Source: an uncultured Bdellovibrionales bacterium
GTDB taxonomy: Bacteria > Patescibacteriota > Minisyncoccia > Moranbacterales > DUUL01
Reading direction: 5' to 3'
Assembly (NCBI GenBank): GCA_964556685.1
Contig: CAZKWX010000002.1
Span: forward strand, 10,541 to 74,540
DNA: 64,000 bases
Shown: one piece after another, positions 16,371 through 25,158 of the stretch
Position numbering within the stretch: position 1 is the first letter of the stretch
Layout of the letters: every line of letters begins with the position of its first letter
The notes under the pieces: model-generated
The model's database searches: none
The model's input: only the letters and a program-made list of their open reading frames with translations
Told to the model about the DNA's origin: nothing
Made by a program: the position numbers and the translations under genes

Positions 16371-17483
16371 ATGAATGATCTGGAGAAATTTTTAGCAGAA
16401 AATACAGTTGATGGAGGTTTTTTGCAATCGGAACACTGGGCCAAGTTTAAAAAAGAAACGGGTGCAGGGGTTTTTGAGTTTGGAGATAATAAAAGTTTCC
16501 GAGCGCTGGTGATTGAGCACAAGCTTCCATTAGTGGGGAAGTATTGGTTTGTGCCACGCGGCCCCATAGTCTCGGCTAAAGCCGAGAAAATCCGAAATTC
16601 GAAATTCGAAGCTCCAAATAAATCCGAAATTTTAAATTCCAAATTGGAAAAAGAATTACATAATGTATTAAGTAAAGTATTATATAAGGCAAAAGAGAAT
16701 AAGATTGGGTGGATTAGAGTTGAAACGCAGAGGGGAAAGGATCTAAGAAAAATAAAAAATACAATCGAGAAGGTTAAAACTGAAAATCCCCCTCAGTCCC
16801 CCTTTTCCAAAGGGGGAGGAAAAATAGTGAAGGCGAAGAAGAATCATCAGCCGGCGCAAGTGATTATAATGGACTTAGCTGGAAGCGAGGAAGAAATTTT
16901 GAAAGACATGAAGTCGAAGACTCGCTATAACATCAGACTGAGCCAGAAAAAGGGCGTGGAAGTTTTTGAGACTAGAAAAAAAGAAGACATTGAAGTTTTC
17001 TGCGATTTGTTGGAAGAAACGGCCAAACGAGAAAAGATCACCAATCATCCCCGAAGACACTACCATGACTTGTTAAATAAAATAGACAAAAATTTTACAA
17101 AATTATACATAGCAAAATATGAAGAAAAAATTCTCTCTGGCGCAATAGTCAGTTATTATGGAAACGTAGCCGCCTATCTTCACGGAGCATCAAGTGATGA
17201 GCATCGGAACGTTATGTCGCCGTTTGATTTGCATTGGAAGATTATTCAAGATTCTAAGGCCAGAGGTTTTGAAAAATACGATCTCGGCGGAGTAAAACTA
17301 ATAGAAAAAGAAGACAAGTGGACACCAAAGGAAGGATCCTGGCAAGGCATCAGCCGGTTTAAGCTGGGATTTTGTCCCAAGTGCCAGCCAGTCGAATTTC
17401 CAGGCTGTTGGGATGTTATTTTGAATCTAGCTAAATATAGGCTGTATAAAATTCTGCAAGCGATCAAAGATTTGAGAAAGTAA
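16371..17483 (+). CDS. FemAB-family peptidoglycan interpeptide-bridge aminoacyltransferase (FemX/MurM-like) with a low-complexity insertion
   Basis: ...KTRYNIRLSQKKGVEVFET... and ...YYGNVAAYLHGASSDEHRNVMSPFDLHWKIIQDSKARGFEKYDLGG... are FemAB family motifs. Residues about 70-160 are a low-complexity insertion. Confidence 0.75.
   Translation: MNDLEKFLAENTVDGGFLQSEHWAKFKKETGAGVFEFGDNKSFRALVIEHKLPLVGKYWFVPRGPIVSAKAEKIRNSKFEAPNKSEILNSKLEKELHNVLSKVLYKAKENKIGWIRVETQRGKDLRKIKNTIEKVKTENPPQSPFSKGGGKIVKAKKNHQPAQVIIMDLAGSEEEILKDMKSKTRYNIRLSQKKGVEVFETRKKEDIEVFCDLLEETAKREKITNHPRRHYHDLLNKIDKNFTKLYIAKYEEKILSGAIVSYYGNVAAYLHGASSDEHRNVMSPFDLHWKIIQDSKARGFEKYDLGGVKLIEKEDKWTPKEGSWQGISRFKLGFCPKCQPVEFPGCWDVILNLAKYRLYKILQAIKDLRK
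16588..16650. repeat. in-frame simple repeat (gaaattc / aaattcc units) inside the FemAB CDS
   Basis: tccgaaattcgaaattcgaagctccaaataaatccgaaattttaaattccaaattgg encodes IRNSKFEAPNKSEILNSKLE. Confidence 0.8.
16786..16812. repeat. poly-C/poly-G hairpin palindrome inside the FemAB CDS
   Basis: ccccctcagtcccccttttccaaagggggagg forms ccccc-ttt/aaa-ggggg and encodes PPQSPFSKGGG in frame. Confidence 0.7.
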
Positions 17484-17637
17484 GATATCTTCCAACTGTT
17501 ATTTCGACCAAAGTGAATCCAAAGAATAAGCGTAGTGGAGAAATCTCATGAATGTCGACAAGATCCCTCCACTTCGCTGTGCTTCGGTCGGGATGACAGA
17601 AAGAAGCAGGATGATATTTAAGAGTAAGGTAAAAAAT

Positions 17638-19074
17638 ATGAAAGATCTGATCCCGCAAAAATTGAAGAATGTTTATCATCTTTTCCGCTCAATGCTAGCA
17701 GTGGTTTGGTTTCGGTTTCCGGCTAGGAAGATCAAGGTAATTGGAGTGACGGGAACTAATGGAAAAACTACAGTGGTGCAGATGGCGGCCGGAATTTTGG
17801 AGGAAGCTGGTTACAAGGTAGCTGTTTCTTCAACTATTAATTTCAAGATCGGGAAGGAAGAATGGGTGAATAGAACAAAATTCACTACACTTTCCGGTTG
17901 GCACACTCAAAGGTTCATTCGAAAAGCGGTTAATGCCGGATGTGATTATTTGGTTTTGGAAGTGGCTTCGCATGCATTGGACCAAAACAGGTTGTGGGGA
18001 ATAGACTTCGATGTAGCGGTGATCACTAATGTGACTCGGGAACATTTAGACTATCACAAGACGATGGAAGAGTATCGAGAGGCGAAGAAAAAAATATTTA
18101 AGATGCTGAAACCAAAAGGCGTGGCGGTGGTTAATTTGGATATGAGTAAACCGGAAGAATTTATTGAGGTAAGTGAAGGGGCTAAAGTCTATGGGTACAG
18201 CCTGAAGAAAGCGATAGGTAAAAAAATAACAAGCAACAAATTACAAGTTCCAAATAAATTACAAATGATAAAAGCTGAAAATATTAAATTAAATTTAAAT
18301 GAAACCGGTTTTCGGGTTGATGATATTGATTTTAATTTGAATCTTTCTGGTGACTTCAATATCGAGAACGCATTGGCGGCGGTTTGTGTTGGGCTATCGC
18401 AAGGAATAAATTTGGAAACTGCTAGTGCGGCGCTGAGCAAAATAGAAAAGATTCCCGGTCGAATGGATTATGTGGAAAATGATCGAGGGTTGAAGATAAT
18501 TATTGATTATGCACTGACACCGGACTCGATGGAGAAGCTAGGAAAGTTGATTTCCGATTTGCTATTGTCAATTTCCAATTTAAATAGAGGCAAAAGTAAA
18601 AGTTTATACAATCGTAAATCGCAGATAATAAATCGTAAATTGATCTGGGTTTTTGGAGCTTGTGGAGAAAGAGACAGAGGGAAGAGGCCGATTATGGGAG
18701 AAATTGTTTCAAGATATGCTGACTATGTGATTGTTACAAATGAAGATCCCTATGGAGAAGAGCCAGAGAGGATTATCAATGAAGTGTTTTCCGGTGTAGT
18801 TAATAAAAAAGTAAGTGGCAGTTTACCCAATTATCAATTATCAATGATCAATGATCAATCAGCAGATGAAAATAAATCGAAAGTGATGGTGGAAGGAAAA
18901 AATGCTTTTAGGATAATGGATCGGGAAGAGGCAATAAAAAAAGCGCTCGAATTGGCGCAAGAGGGTGATATCATTTTGATAACTGGCAAAGGAGCAGAGG
19001 AAATTATGGCAGTGGGCAAAAAAAGAATCAGATGGAACGACCGAAGAGTGGTAGAAGAATTATTGAAGGTCTAG
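17638..19074 (+). CDS. murE: Mur ligase, probably UDP-MurNAc-tripeptide ligase (MurE-type), with three low-complexity insertions
   Basis: IKVIGVTGTNGKTTV is the P-loop. ...LVLEVASHALDQNRL... and ...DYALTPDSMEKL... fit the Mur ligase family. The ATG at 17638 is preferred over 17548. The choice of MurE over other Mur ligases is tentative. Confidence 0.8.
   Translation: MKDLIPQKLKNVYHLFRSMLAVVWFRFPARKIKVIGVTGTNGKTTVVQMAAGILEEAGYKVAVSSTINFKIGKEEWVNRTKFTTLSGWHTQRFIRKAVNAGCDYLVLEVASHALDQNRLWGIDFDVAVITNVTREHLDYHKTMEEYREAKKKIFKMLKPKGVAVVNLDMSKPEEFIEVSEGAKVYGYSLKKAIGKKITSNKLQVPNKLQMIKAENIKLNLNETGFRVDDIDFNLNLSGDFNIENALAAVCVGLSQGINLETASAALSKIEKIPGRMDYVENDRGLKIIIDYALTPDSMEKLGKLISDLLLSISNLNRGKSKSLYNRKSQIINRKLIWVFGACGERDRGKRPIMGEIVSRYADYVIVTNEDPYGEEPERIINEVFSGVVNKKVSGSLPNYQLSMINDQSADENKSKVMVEGKNAFRIMDREEAIKKALELAQEGDIILITGKGAEEIMAVGKKRIRWNDRRVVEELLKV
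18233..18268. repeat. in-frame simple repeat in the Mur ligase; shares the 17-mer caaattacaagttccaaa with lepA 38493-38509
   Basis: caacaaattacaagttccaaataaattacaaatg encodes SNKLQVPNKLQM. The same 17-mer occurs inside lepA. Confidence 0.8.
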
Positions 19075-19288
19075 CAAGAAAATTTAACCCGTATTACTAC
19101 AGTATACTAGTAAACTGTAGTAATATAGGAAAAACAGGTTTAAGTTACAAACTCAAACCTACGAAGTCTAGTACGAGTTATTTCTCCAGTATTCCAGTAT
19201 ACTGGAGAGTACAAAAAAACAGACTCAACTGTAAGAGATTGAATCTGCTGTAAGACTCATACATAATGACTATGAGAAAATAACTGAT

Positions 19289-19741
19289 TTACAAACGTCC
19301 TGACAAAACGTCACTGAAAAGATAGATAAAAAACACAGTTAGAACTGCTCCGTAAAAAATGCCAACAATAACTTCACTCCATCGATGGCCAACGCGCTCT
19401 TTGAGTCGAGGATATTTCTCAGTGTCAATCTTCAAAGTTTGAATTAACATATTCAAATATCTTCCTTGATCTCCAAGGTGCATTCTGATTCGGAGGGCAT
19501 CATCAAGGATGACCAGAGCAAAAACTAGTGCGAAAGCAAATATGGCCGAATTAATTCCTTTCATGTAACCGACGACGATAGCCAGAGAAATTACCAGAGC
19601 GCTGTGCATCGAGGGCATGTGTCCGTGAGTGAAAAAGTAGCTCCAATCTAATCCATGCTTGATTGAAAAAATCACAAATTTGGTTATTTGTGTGATGATT
19701 CCAACAAGAAGGGGGATAAAAACAATGGCTAAATGTTCCAT
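19289..19741 (-). CDS. divergent PAP2 / DUF212 (acid phosphatase-vanadium haloperoxidase related) membrane protein
   Basis: GHMPSMHSA motif and four predicted TM helices. Confidence 0.75.
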   Translation of the reverse strand: MEHLAIVFIPLLVGIITQITKFVIFSIKHGLDWSYFFTHGHMPSMHSALVISLAIVVGYMKGINSAIFAFALVFALVILDDALRIRMHLGDQGRYLNMLIQTLKIDTEKYPRLKERVGHRWSEVIVGIFYGAVLTVFFIYLFSDVLSGRL

Positions 19742-20162
19742 TTTTTGTTTTATCCTACTTCGTCTCGAAAATTCGGGACTACGAAGGACAGGCTAATCAA
19801 TCTAGTATTCTACAGCTTGCTGTGGAATGAGAAACTAGGGCCTGTTAAGGATTAACGCCTACTTACTTATGGTCTAATTATAAAACAAAATTAGGCATTC
19901 ATCAACTTGAATTATCTAAAATTGCGTGATAGCATAAGTTACTGTAAGAGCTTTAAGTAAAAGAATAAATAATTAAATAAAATAAATTCAAATGAAAGTT
20001 CCAATCGGGAATAGTCCGCAAGGATCACCAGCAAGAAGTCCACAGGGCCAACCAAAAGGAAGTGGAATTTCAAGTTTTAGAAAACCTGTGCAAGAAGCGG
20101 GAACCGGTGCTGCGCCCACTCCAATGGCACCTCCAAAAAAGAGAAAAGAAAACACCAGAGCG

Positions 20163-22637
20163 ATGAAGATCATTGATTTGATTACCAAGGTCTCCATCTA
20201 TCTGACAGTGTTTTTGCTACCCTTATTTTTCTTGCCTAACGTGCCTAGCGTTTTGGATCTCAACAAACAAGCTTTGTTGGTGATTGTCGTGGGTATTGGT
20301 TTTCTGGCTTGGGTGGGGAAAATGGCCTGGAGAAACGAAATCAGGTTTCGTAGCAATTTTATCCTCATTCCAGTAGTGGTATTGTTGTTCATATTTGGTT
20401 TAAGCGCCGTTTTTTCAAATTATCGAGAACAGAGTTTTTGGGGATATTTCGGGGGAGAGAGCGAAGCTTTCATCACTCTGCTATTCATGGTCGCGCTTTT
20501 TGTCCTAATTTTCAATAACATCAAAAACAAAAAAGACGCGGTGAAGTTGATTCTGACATTTTTGGTCAGTGGTTTCCTCGTGTCTTTATATGGACTGCTG
20601 CAACTCTATCAAGTCTATGCTGTGCCAAATGATGCTTTCAAAAATCCATTTTTCAACAGCGTTGGATCGGTCTATATCTTCAGTGTCTATGTGGGAGCAT
20701 TGTTCCTGCTCACGGTTTCAATGTTTTTGAGCGACATTTCAAAGATACTCAAGATTGCTTTAATTGTGCTTTCAATCTTTTTCTTCTTTGTCTTGATGCT
20801 GATTAATTTTAAGATTGTTTGGTGGATTATCCTCTTTATGTTGGCCCTGCTTTTGGGAATCACAATCATTCGAGGCAAGAAATCTGAGAGCCAAGCAAGG
20901 GTTTTGCCAATGGTCTATTTGGTTCTAGCACTGCTCATGGTGCTGCGCAGCCAGCCGATTATTCGAATGGATTTGCCGGTGGAAGTGCTGCTTAATCACA
21001 AAACTTCAGCCTCAATTGCCTTTAGTTCGCTCAAAGAGAACCCGCTTTTGGGAAGCGGACCAACTACTTTTGTGTCTGTTTATAAGGCTTTTCGACCCGA
21101 TAATCTAGGTGATTTCTGGTCAGTTAATTTTAACGGAGCCAGCAGCTATTTCTTCACGCTGATGTCCACCACGGGAGTTTTGGGAACCCTGGCATTCTTG
21201 TTCTTGGTGGGAATTGGAATTATCTATTTTGTTAGGAACTTACTCAAAGCTGTTGCAGCTAAGGGAGAAGAAACTGAGGGGGACTATATCGCCATTGGAG
21301 CAGGATTGGTTTGGTTATTTACCACTATTATCCTGTTCACCTATATGGCCAATATGACCATTTTGATGCTCTGGTGGTTTAGCTTTGCACTGTTCTTGTC
21401 ATTCTCATTCTTCGATCCGAGAATGAGAGACAAGGAATTTGTCACCACCTCAGCTACTCCTCGATCATCACTGCTTTTGTCATTTGTGTTCGTGTTGATT
21501 ATCATTGGATTTGTAGCAGCGATCTATCTTCAAAGTCAAAAATACATTGCCGCCGCTCACTTCAACAAAGCCCTAGTGCTTGATGCCCAAGGAGAAGAAA
21601 TTCAAAGAGTAACTGATAGAGTGAACAAAGCCCTGGAACTTGATCCCAATCGGGATGTCTATTTTCGAAATATGTCAGTGGCACTGTTTGCTTTGGCTAA
21701 CCAGCGGGTAGCCGAAAAAGGTCAAGATCTGACTGCCGAAGATTCAAACTATGTTAGTAGTATGATCAGTGGATCACTTCAGTCAGCTGATCGATCAAGG
21801 CTTTTGGATGACAGCAATTCAGATAATCACTTGGCCGTAGCTCAGATTTATGAAGGAGTCTTGATTACCATGGAAGGAGCGGATGAAAATGCAATCAAGA
21901 ACTATGAAGAAGCCGTTAAATATGATCCAAATAATCCGGCTCTTTATCAACGATTAGCTAACATTTATATAACCTTAGCAGATGTGGCGGCTGCTCAAGC
22001 TCAGGCTCAAAGCCAAGATCAAAGCACTGAATTGCCAGAGGAGAGCAAACAATATTTAGCGCTAGCTCGAGAAAACATCAACAAAGCCCTGGAAATTAAA
22101 CCAGACTTCATATCAGCTCACTTAGCGCTAGTGGGAGTGCATGAAAGAGAGGGAAACATGGATAAAGCCATTGAAAAAGAACTGGAAAACAAAGCTATGT
22201 TCCCGCGAGATCCAGGCATGGCCTTCCGAGTGGGCTTGCTCTATTACAAGGACGAACAATTTAGCAAGGCGCAAGAGGAATTTGAGTATGCGCTTTCATT
22301 GGATGAAAACTTTGCTAATGCGCTCTATTTCCTTGGTCTTTCCTTAGATCAGCAAGGAGACAAGCAAGCAGCGTTGGTAAGGTTTGAAAAAGTGGCCGAG
22401 CTTAATCCGGACAATGAAGAGGTAAAAAAAGTAATTGACAACCTGAAAAATGGACGAGATGCACTCGATGGAATAGGACCAGAAACTCAACAAGGGCAAA
22501 GCGCTCAAGGCGAGGCAACCGAAGAACAGCCTAGCATTAATCCTGATGTGGAACAGCAAGAGATTCCTGAAGAGGCAACACCAAGCCCAGAGGAAGTGAA
22601 TCCGCCAGAAGAGCAGCAACCTGCCGAGGAGCAATAA
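20163..22637 (+). CDS. O-antigen ligase (Wzy_C)-like polytopic membrane protein with C-terminal TPR repeats
   Basis: About 12 TM segments, with ...LGSGPTTFVSVYKAF... and a Wzy_C-like loop. The C-terminal 300 aa contain TPR-like repeats (YEEAVKYDPNNPALYQRLANIY..., ALSLDENFANALYFLGLSL...). An alternative upstream start is at 19992. Confidence 0.75.
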   Translation: MKIIDLITKVSIYLTVFLLPLFFLPNVPSVLDLNKQALLVIVVGIGFLAWVGKMAWRNEIRFRSNFILIPVVVLLFIFGLSAVFSNYREQSFWGYFGGESEAFITLLFMVALFVLIFNNIKNKKDAVKLILTFLVSGFLVSLYGLLQLYQVYAVPNDAFKNPFFNSVGSVYIFSVYVGALFLLTVSMFLSDISKILKIALIVLSIFFFFVLMLINFKIVWWIILFMLALLLGITIIRGKKSESQARVLPMVYLVLALLMVLRSQPIIRMDLPVEVLLNHKTSASIAFSSLKENPLLGSGPTTFVSVYKAFRPDNLGDFWSVNFNGASSYFFTLMSTTGVLGTLAFLFLVGIGIIYFVRNLLKAVAAKGEETEGDYIAIGAGLVWLFTTIILFTYMANMTILMLWWFSFALFLSFSFFDPRMRDKEFVTTSATPRSSLLLSFVFVLIIIGFVAAIYLQSQKYIAAAHFNKALVLDAQGEEIQRVTDRVNKALELDPNRDVYFRNMSVALFALANQRVAEKGQDLTAEDSNYVSSMISGSLQSADRSRLLDDSNSDNHLAVAQIYEGVLITMEGADENAIKNYEEAVKYDPNNPALYQRLANIYITLADVAAAQAQAQSQDQSTELPEESKQYLALARENINKALEIKPDFISAHLALVGVHEREGNMDKAIEKELENKAMFPRDPGMAFRVGLLYYKDEQFSKAQEEFEYALSLDENFANALYFLGLSLDQQGDKQAALVRFEKVAELNPDNEEVKKVIDNLKNGRDALDGIGPETQQGQSAQGEATEEQPSINPDVEQQEIPEEATPSPEEVNPPEEQQPAEEQ

Positions 22638-22660
22638 TAATCAAATAGGTTCTTCAAATA

Positions 22661-22692
22661 AAAAGGCGTCCCAAGTGGGGCGTCTTTTGTTG
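22661..22692 (+). terminator. rho-independent terminator
   Basis: aaaaaggcgtcccaagtggggcgtcttttg. Confidence 0.6.
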
Positions 22693-22696
22693 TATA

Positions 22697-22734
22697 AAAA
22701 CTACCATTAAAACTACCATTTAAATGGTAGTTTT
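22697..22734. repeat. direct repeat aaaactaccatt x2, merging into the 26-bp perfect palindrome aaaactaccatttaaatggtagtttt
   Basis: Read directly from the sequence. Lies between convergent genes. Confidence 0.85.
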
Positions 22735-22903
22735 TAAAAGTGATAATGAGATTAGTGATTTGCTTGCCACTGAAAATCTCCCTGAAAAATATGACTCATA
22801 AATTCGTCTATATTCTTGAACAAAGCTTATCCGCTTCGCTCCACTTTATAAAGGGGGAAAGAGGGAGTTTTGTAGATTGGATAAACCTAGGTCAAAATAT
22901 GGG

Positions 22904-24046
22904 CTATAGCAAATTTCGTAATATTTTCTCTCTTCTCTTCTTTTCTTCCCAAGAAATCGGATCACCCAGTTTTTCGGCCGCTGTCTCTGGTCGGGGAGAG
23001 TATTTATTAATATAAGCGTCAGCGAATTTGACTTTCTTGAAAACCTTCACAGTTTCTTGGAATTCTTTTTCGGTTTCAGTAGGGAAGCCGACGATGACAT
23101 CGGTGGTAATTTTTACGTTAGGGATTCGAGTGCGGATTTTTTTAATTAAACTCAGATAATGTTTTTGAGTATATGGACGATTCATGTTTTTAAGAACTTT
23201 ATTAGAACCTGATTGAATGGGTAGATGAATTTTGTTGGGAGTGTTGTCATGCTTAATAATGACTTCAATTAGTTCATCAGAAAAATCTTTGGGATGGGAG
23301 GTGAGGAAATGGAATTTGATAGACGGGAAAGCTGTGGCAAGGTGGTCTAGTAAAATGGGGAAGGTGATAGTCTTTTGAGAATTTTGAATTTTGAATTTTG
23401 AATTTTGACTTTCAATTCCCAATTCCAAATTCCCAATTCTAAATTCATAACTATTCACATTTTGCCCCAAAAGCAGAACTACTTTACAGCCATTTTTCAC
23501 AGCTTTTTCTAGCTCATGAAATACTTCATGAGGAGGACGGGATTTTTCTCGGCCACGGACATAGGGAACCACGCAATAGGAACAGAAATTGTTGCAGCCG
23601 ATCATTATGGGAACTAATACTTTTCTCTTGCTTTTGTATTTGGGCATTATTTTCAGATAGTCACAATTATTACCTTTCAACTTTTTTGTATTATGTATTG
23701 AGTATTTTGTATTATGTATGGTTTTAAAATTCAGATTAAATAATTTATTTATTGATATGAATAGGTCTGCTTTATTTTTTAATTTTCTCTGCACATCTTT
23801 GCGATGGGCGACGCAGCCGGTGACGATGATGAATGTATCCTGATTCTTTTTTCGAAGATTGTGAATCTGACCATAGACTCGATCTTCGGCTGTTTGACGC
23901 ACTCCGCAAGTGTTAAAAATTACCAAATCAGATTGATTGATGTTTTTTGTAAGTTTTAGATTATTATTCTCTATGAAAGCAGCCACTCGCTCACTATCCG
24001 AAAAATTCATCTGACAGCCAAAAGTTTTTATGTAATATGTTTTCAT
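22904..24046 (-). CDS. MiaB/RimO-family radical SAM methylthiotransferase with low-complexity insertions
   Basis: The MTTase N-terminus is MKTYYIKTFGCQMNFSDSE...NTCGVR. The radical SAM motif is IGCNNFCSYCVVPY. There are two insertions, at 23378-23452 and 23683-23722. Confidence 0.85.
   Translation of the reverse strand: MKTYYIKTFGCQMNFSDSERVAAFIENNNLKLTKNINQSDLVIFNTCGVRQTAEDRVYGQIHNLRKKNQDTFIIVTGCVAHRKDVQRKLKNKADLFISINKLFNLNFKTIHNTKYSIHNTKKLKGNNCDYLKIMPKYKSKRKVLVPIMIGCNNFCSYCVVPYVRGREKSRPPHEVFHELEKAVKNGCKVVLLLGQNVNSYEFRIGNLELGIESQNSKFKIQNSQKTITFPILLDHLATAFPSIKFHFLTSHPKDFSDELIEVIIKHDNTPNKIHLPIQSGSNKVLKNMNRPYTQKHYLSLIKKIRTRIPNVKITTDVIVGFPTETEKEFQETVKVFKKVKFADAYINKYSPRPETAAEKLGDPISWEEKKRREKILRNLL
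23378..23452. repeat. in-frame simple repeat (aattttg / aattccc units) in the MiaB-like CDS
   Basis: gaattttgaattttgaattttgactttcaattcccaattccaaattcccaattctaaattc encodes ...LGIESQNSKFKIQNSQ... on the minus strand. Confidence 0.8.
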
Positions 24047-24286
24047 AAGAAAAGTTCACTTACCCCGCCCAGATTTGCGTAGCAAATCATGTGCGGGGTC
24101 TGACAACCGAAAGTTTTGATATAATAGGTTTTTGGTAACATAGGGCGTTGGCAGTAAGTTAGGTCTTATGCTGTATGCGTTTAGGCAAATTTTTTCCAAA
24201 TCTGTTTTAATCTTAATAATAATTTCTTTCAAAATCTTACTAAATAGCATAGAATAAGATTATCGGATTATTAACACTAAGTCAAA

Positions 24287-25072
24287 ATGAAACATATACT
24301 CAAAGAAGAAGAAATTATCGATATAGTAGAGGAAGAAAACAACGGATCATTGCCAGTTTTTTATTCAAAAGGTTGGGGAGAGTCATCGAAAACTACTAGG
24401 CCATTGTTTGAAAAACTTTCACAACATCGAAGAATTTTATCCTTTCTTCATCCACGAGAAATTAGAAAAACTGATTTTTCTGAAGATTTGGTAAGAAAAT
24501 TTTCGAAGGTTGTTCTGCAGAAAGCTTTTTGCATTTTAGAAGTCTTGGAAAGGAAAGGAACAGATAAAGTTGATGCGATTGGGTATTCTGAAGGTGGATT
24601 GATCTTGGCTGTGGCGGTTTATCTTCAACCAGAAAGGTTTAATCGAATAATCATGATTACTCCTATTGGGATTTTGGGAAGGACTCCATATCACAAGTTC
24701 GCTTGGGGTTTTTATAAAAATATAAAGCAAAATCAGGTTGATTTAAAGATGCAAAATGGAAGAGAAGAGTTGATTAAAATAACCAGTAAAGAATTTATTA
24801 AATATGTGAAAAAGAATCTTTCACTTTCATTTCGTGAAGCTCGGGCAATGGCTAGAGCAGATCTTCTGGAAATCATTAAAGGGTGGAATAAAGACCACTC
24901 GGAAGTGGTCTTTATAGCTAGCAAACAAGATAAGCTGTTTGATGTAGAGAAAATTAGAAGTCGACTGAAAAAGGAGAGCCTTGGTCCACTTTCCGAACTT
25001 GAGGGCATCCACACTGAATTGAAGCTCAATGATGGATATCAAAGGAAGGTGGTTGATATATTGAATCAGTGA
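24287..25072 (+). CDS. hypothetical alpha/beta-hydrolase-fold protein
   Basis: GYSEGG nucleophile-elbow (GxSxG) motif. Otherwise unassigned. Confidence 0.45.
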   Translation: MKHILKEEEIIDIVEEENNGSLPVFYSKGWGESSKTTRPLFEKLSQHRRILSFLHPREIRKTDFSEDLVRKFSKVVLQKAFCILEVLERKGTDKVDAIGYSEGGLILAVAVYLQPERFNRIIMITPIGILGRTPYHKFAWGFYKNIKQNQVDLKMQNGREELIKITSKEFIKYVKKNLSLSFREARAMARADLLEIIKGWNKDHSEVVFIASKQDKLFDVEKIRSRLKKESLGPLSELEGIHTELKLNDGYQRKVVDILNQ

Positions 25073-25158
25073 AGGCGATATATCGAAGTAACATTCTAAT
25101 ATTCTCAAGAACGTTAGAATGTTACTAGCTTATTAGGGATTGCATGAGCTACTCAAAA

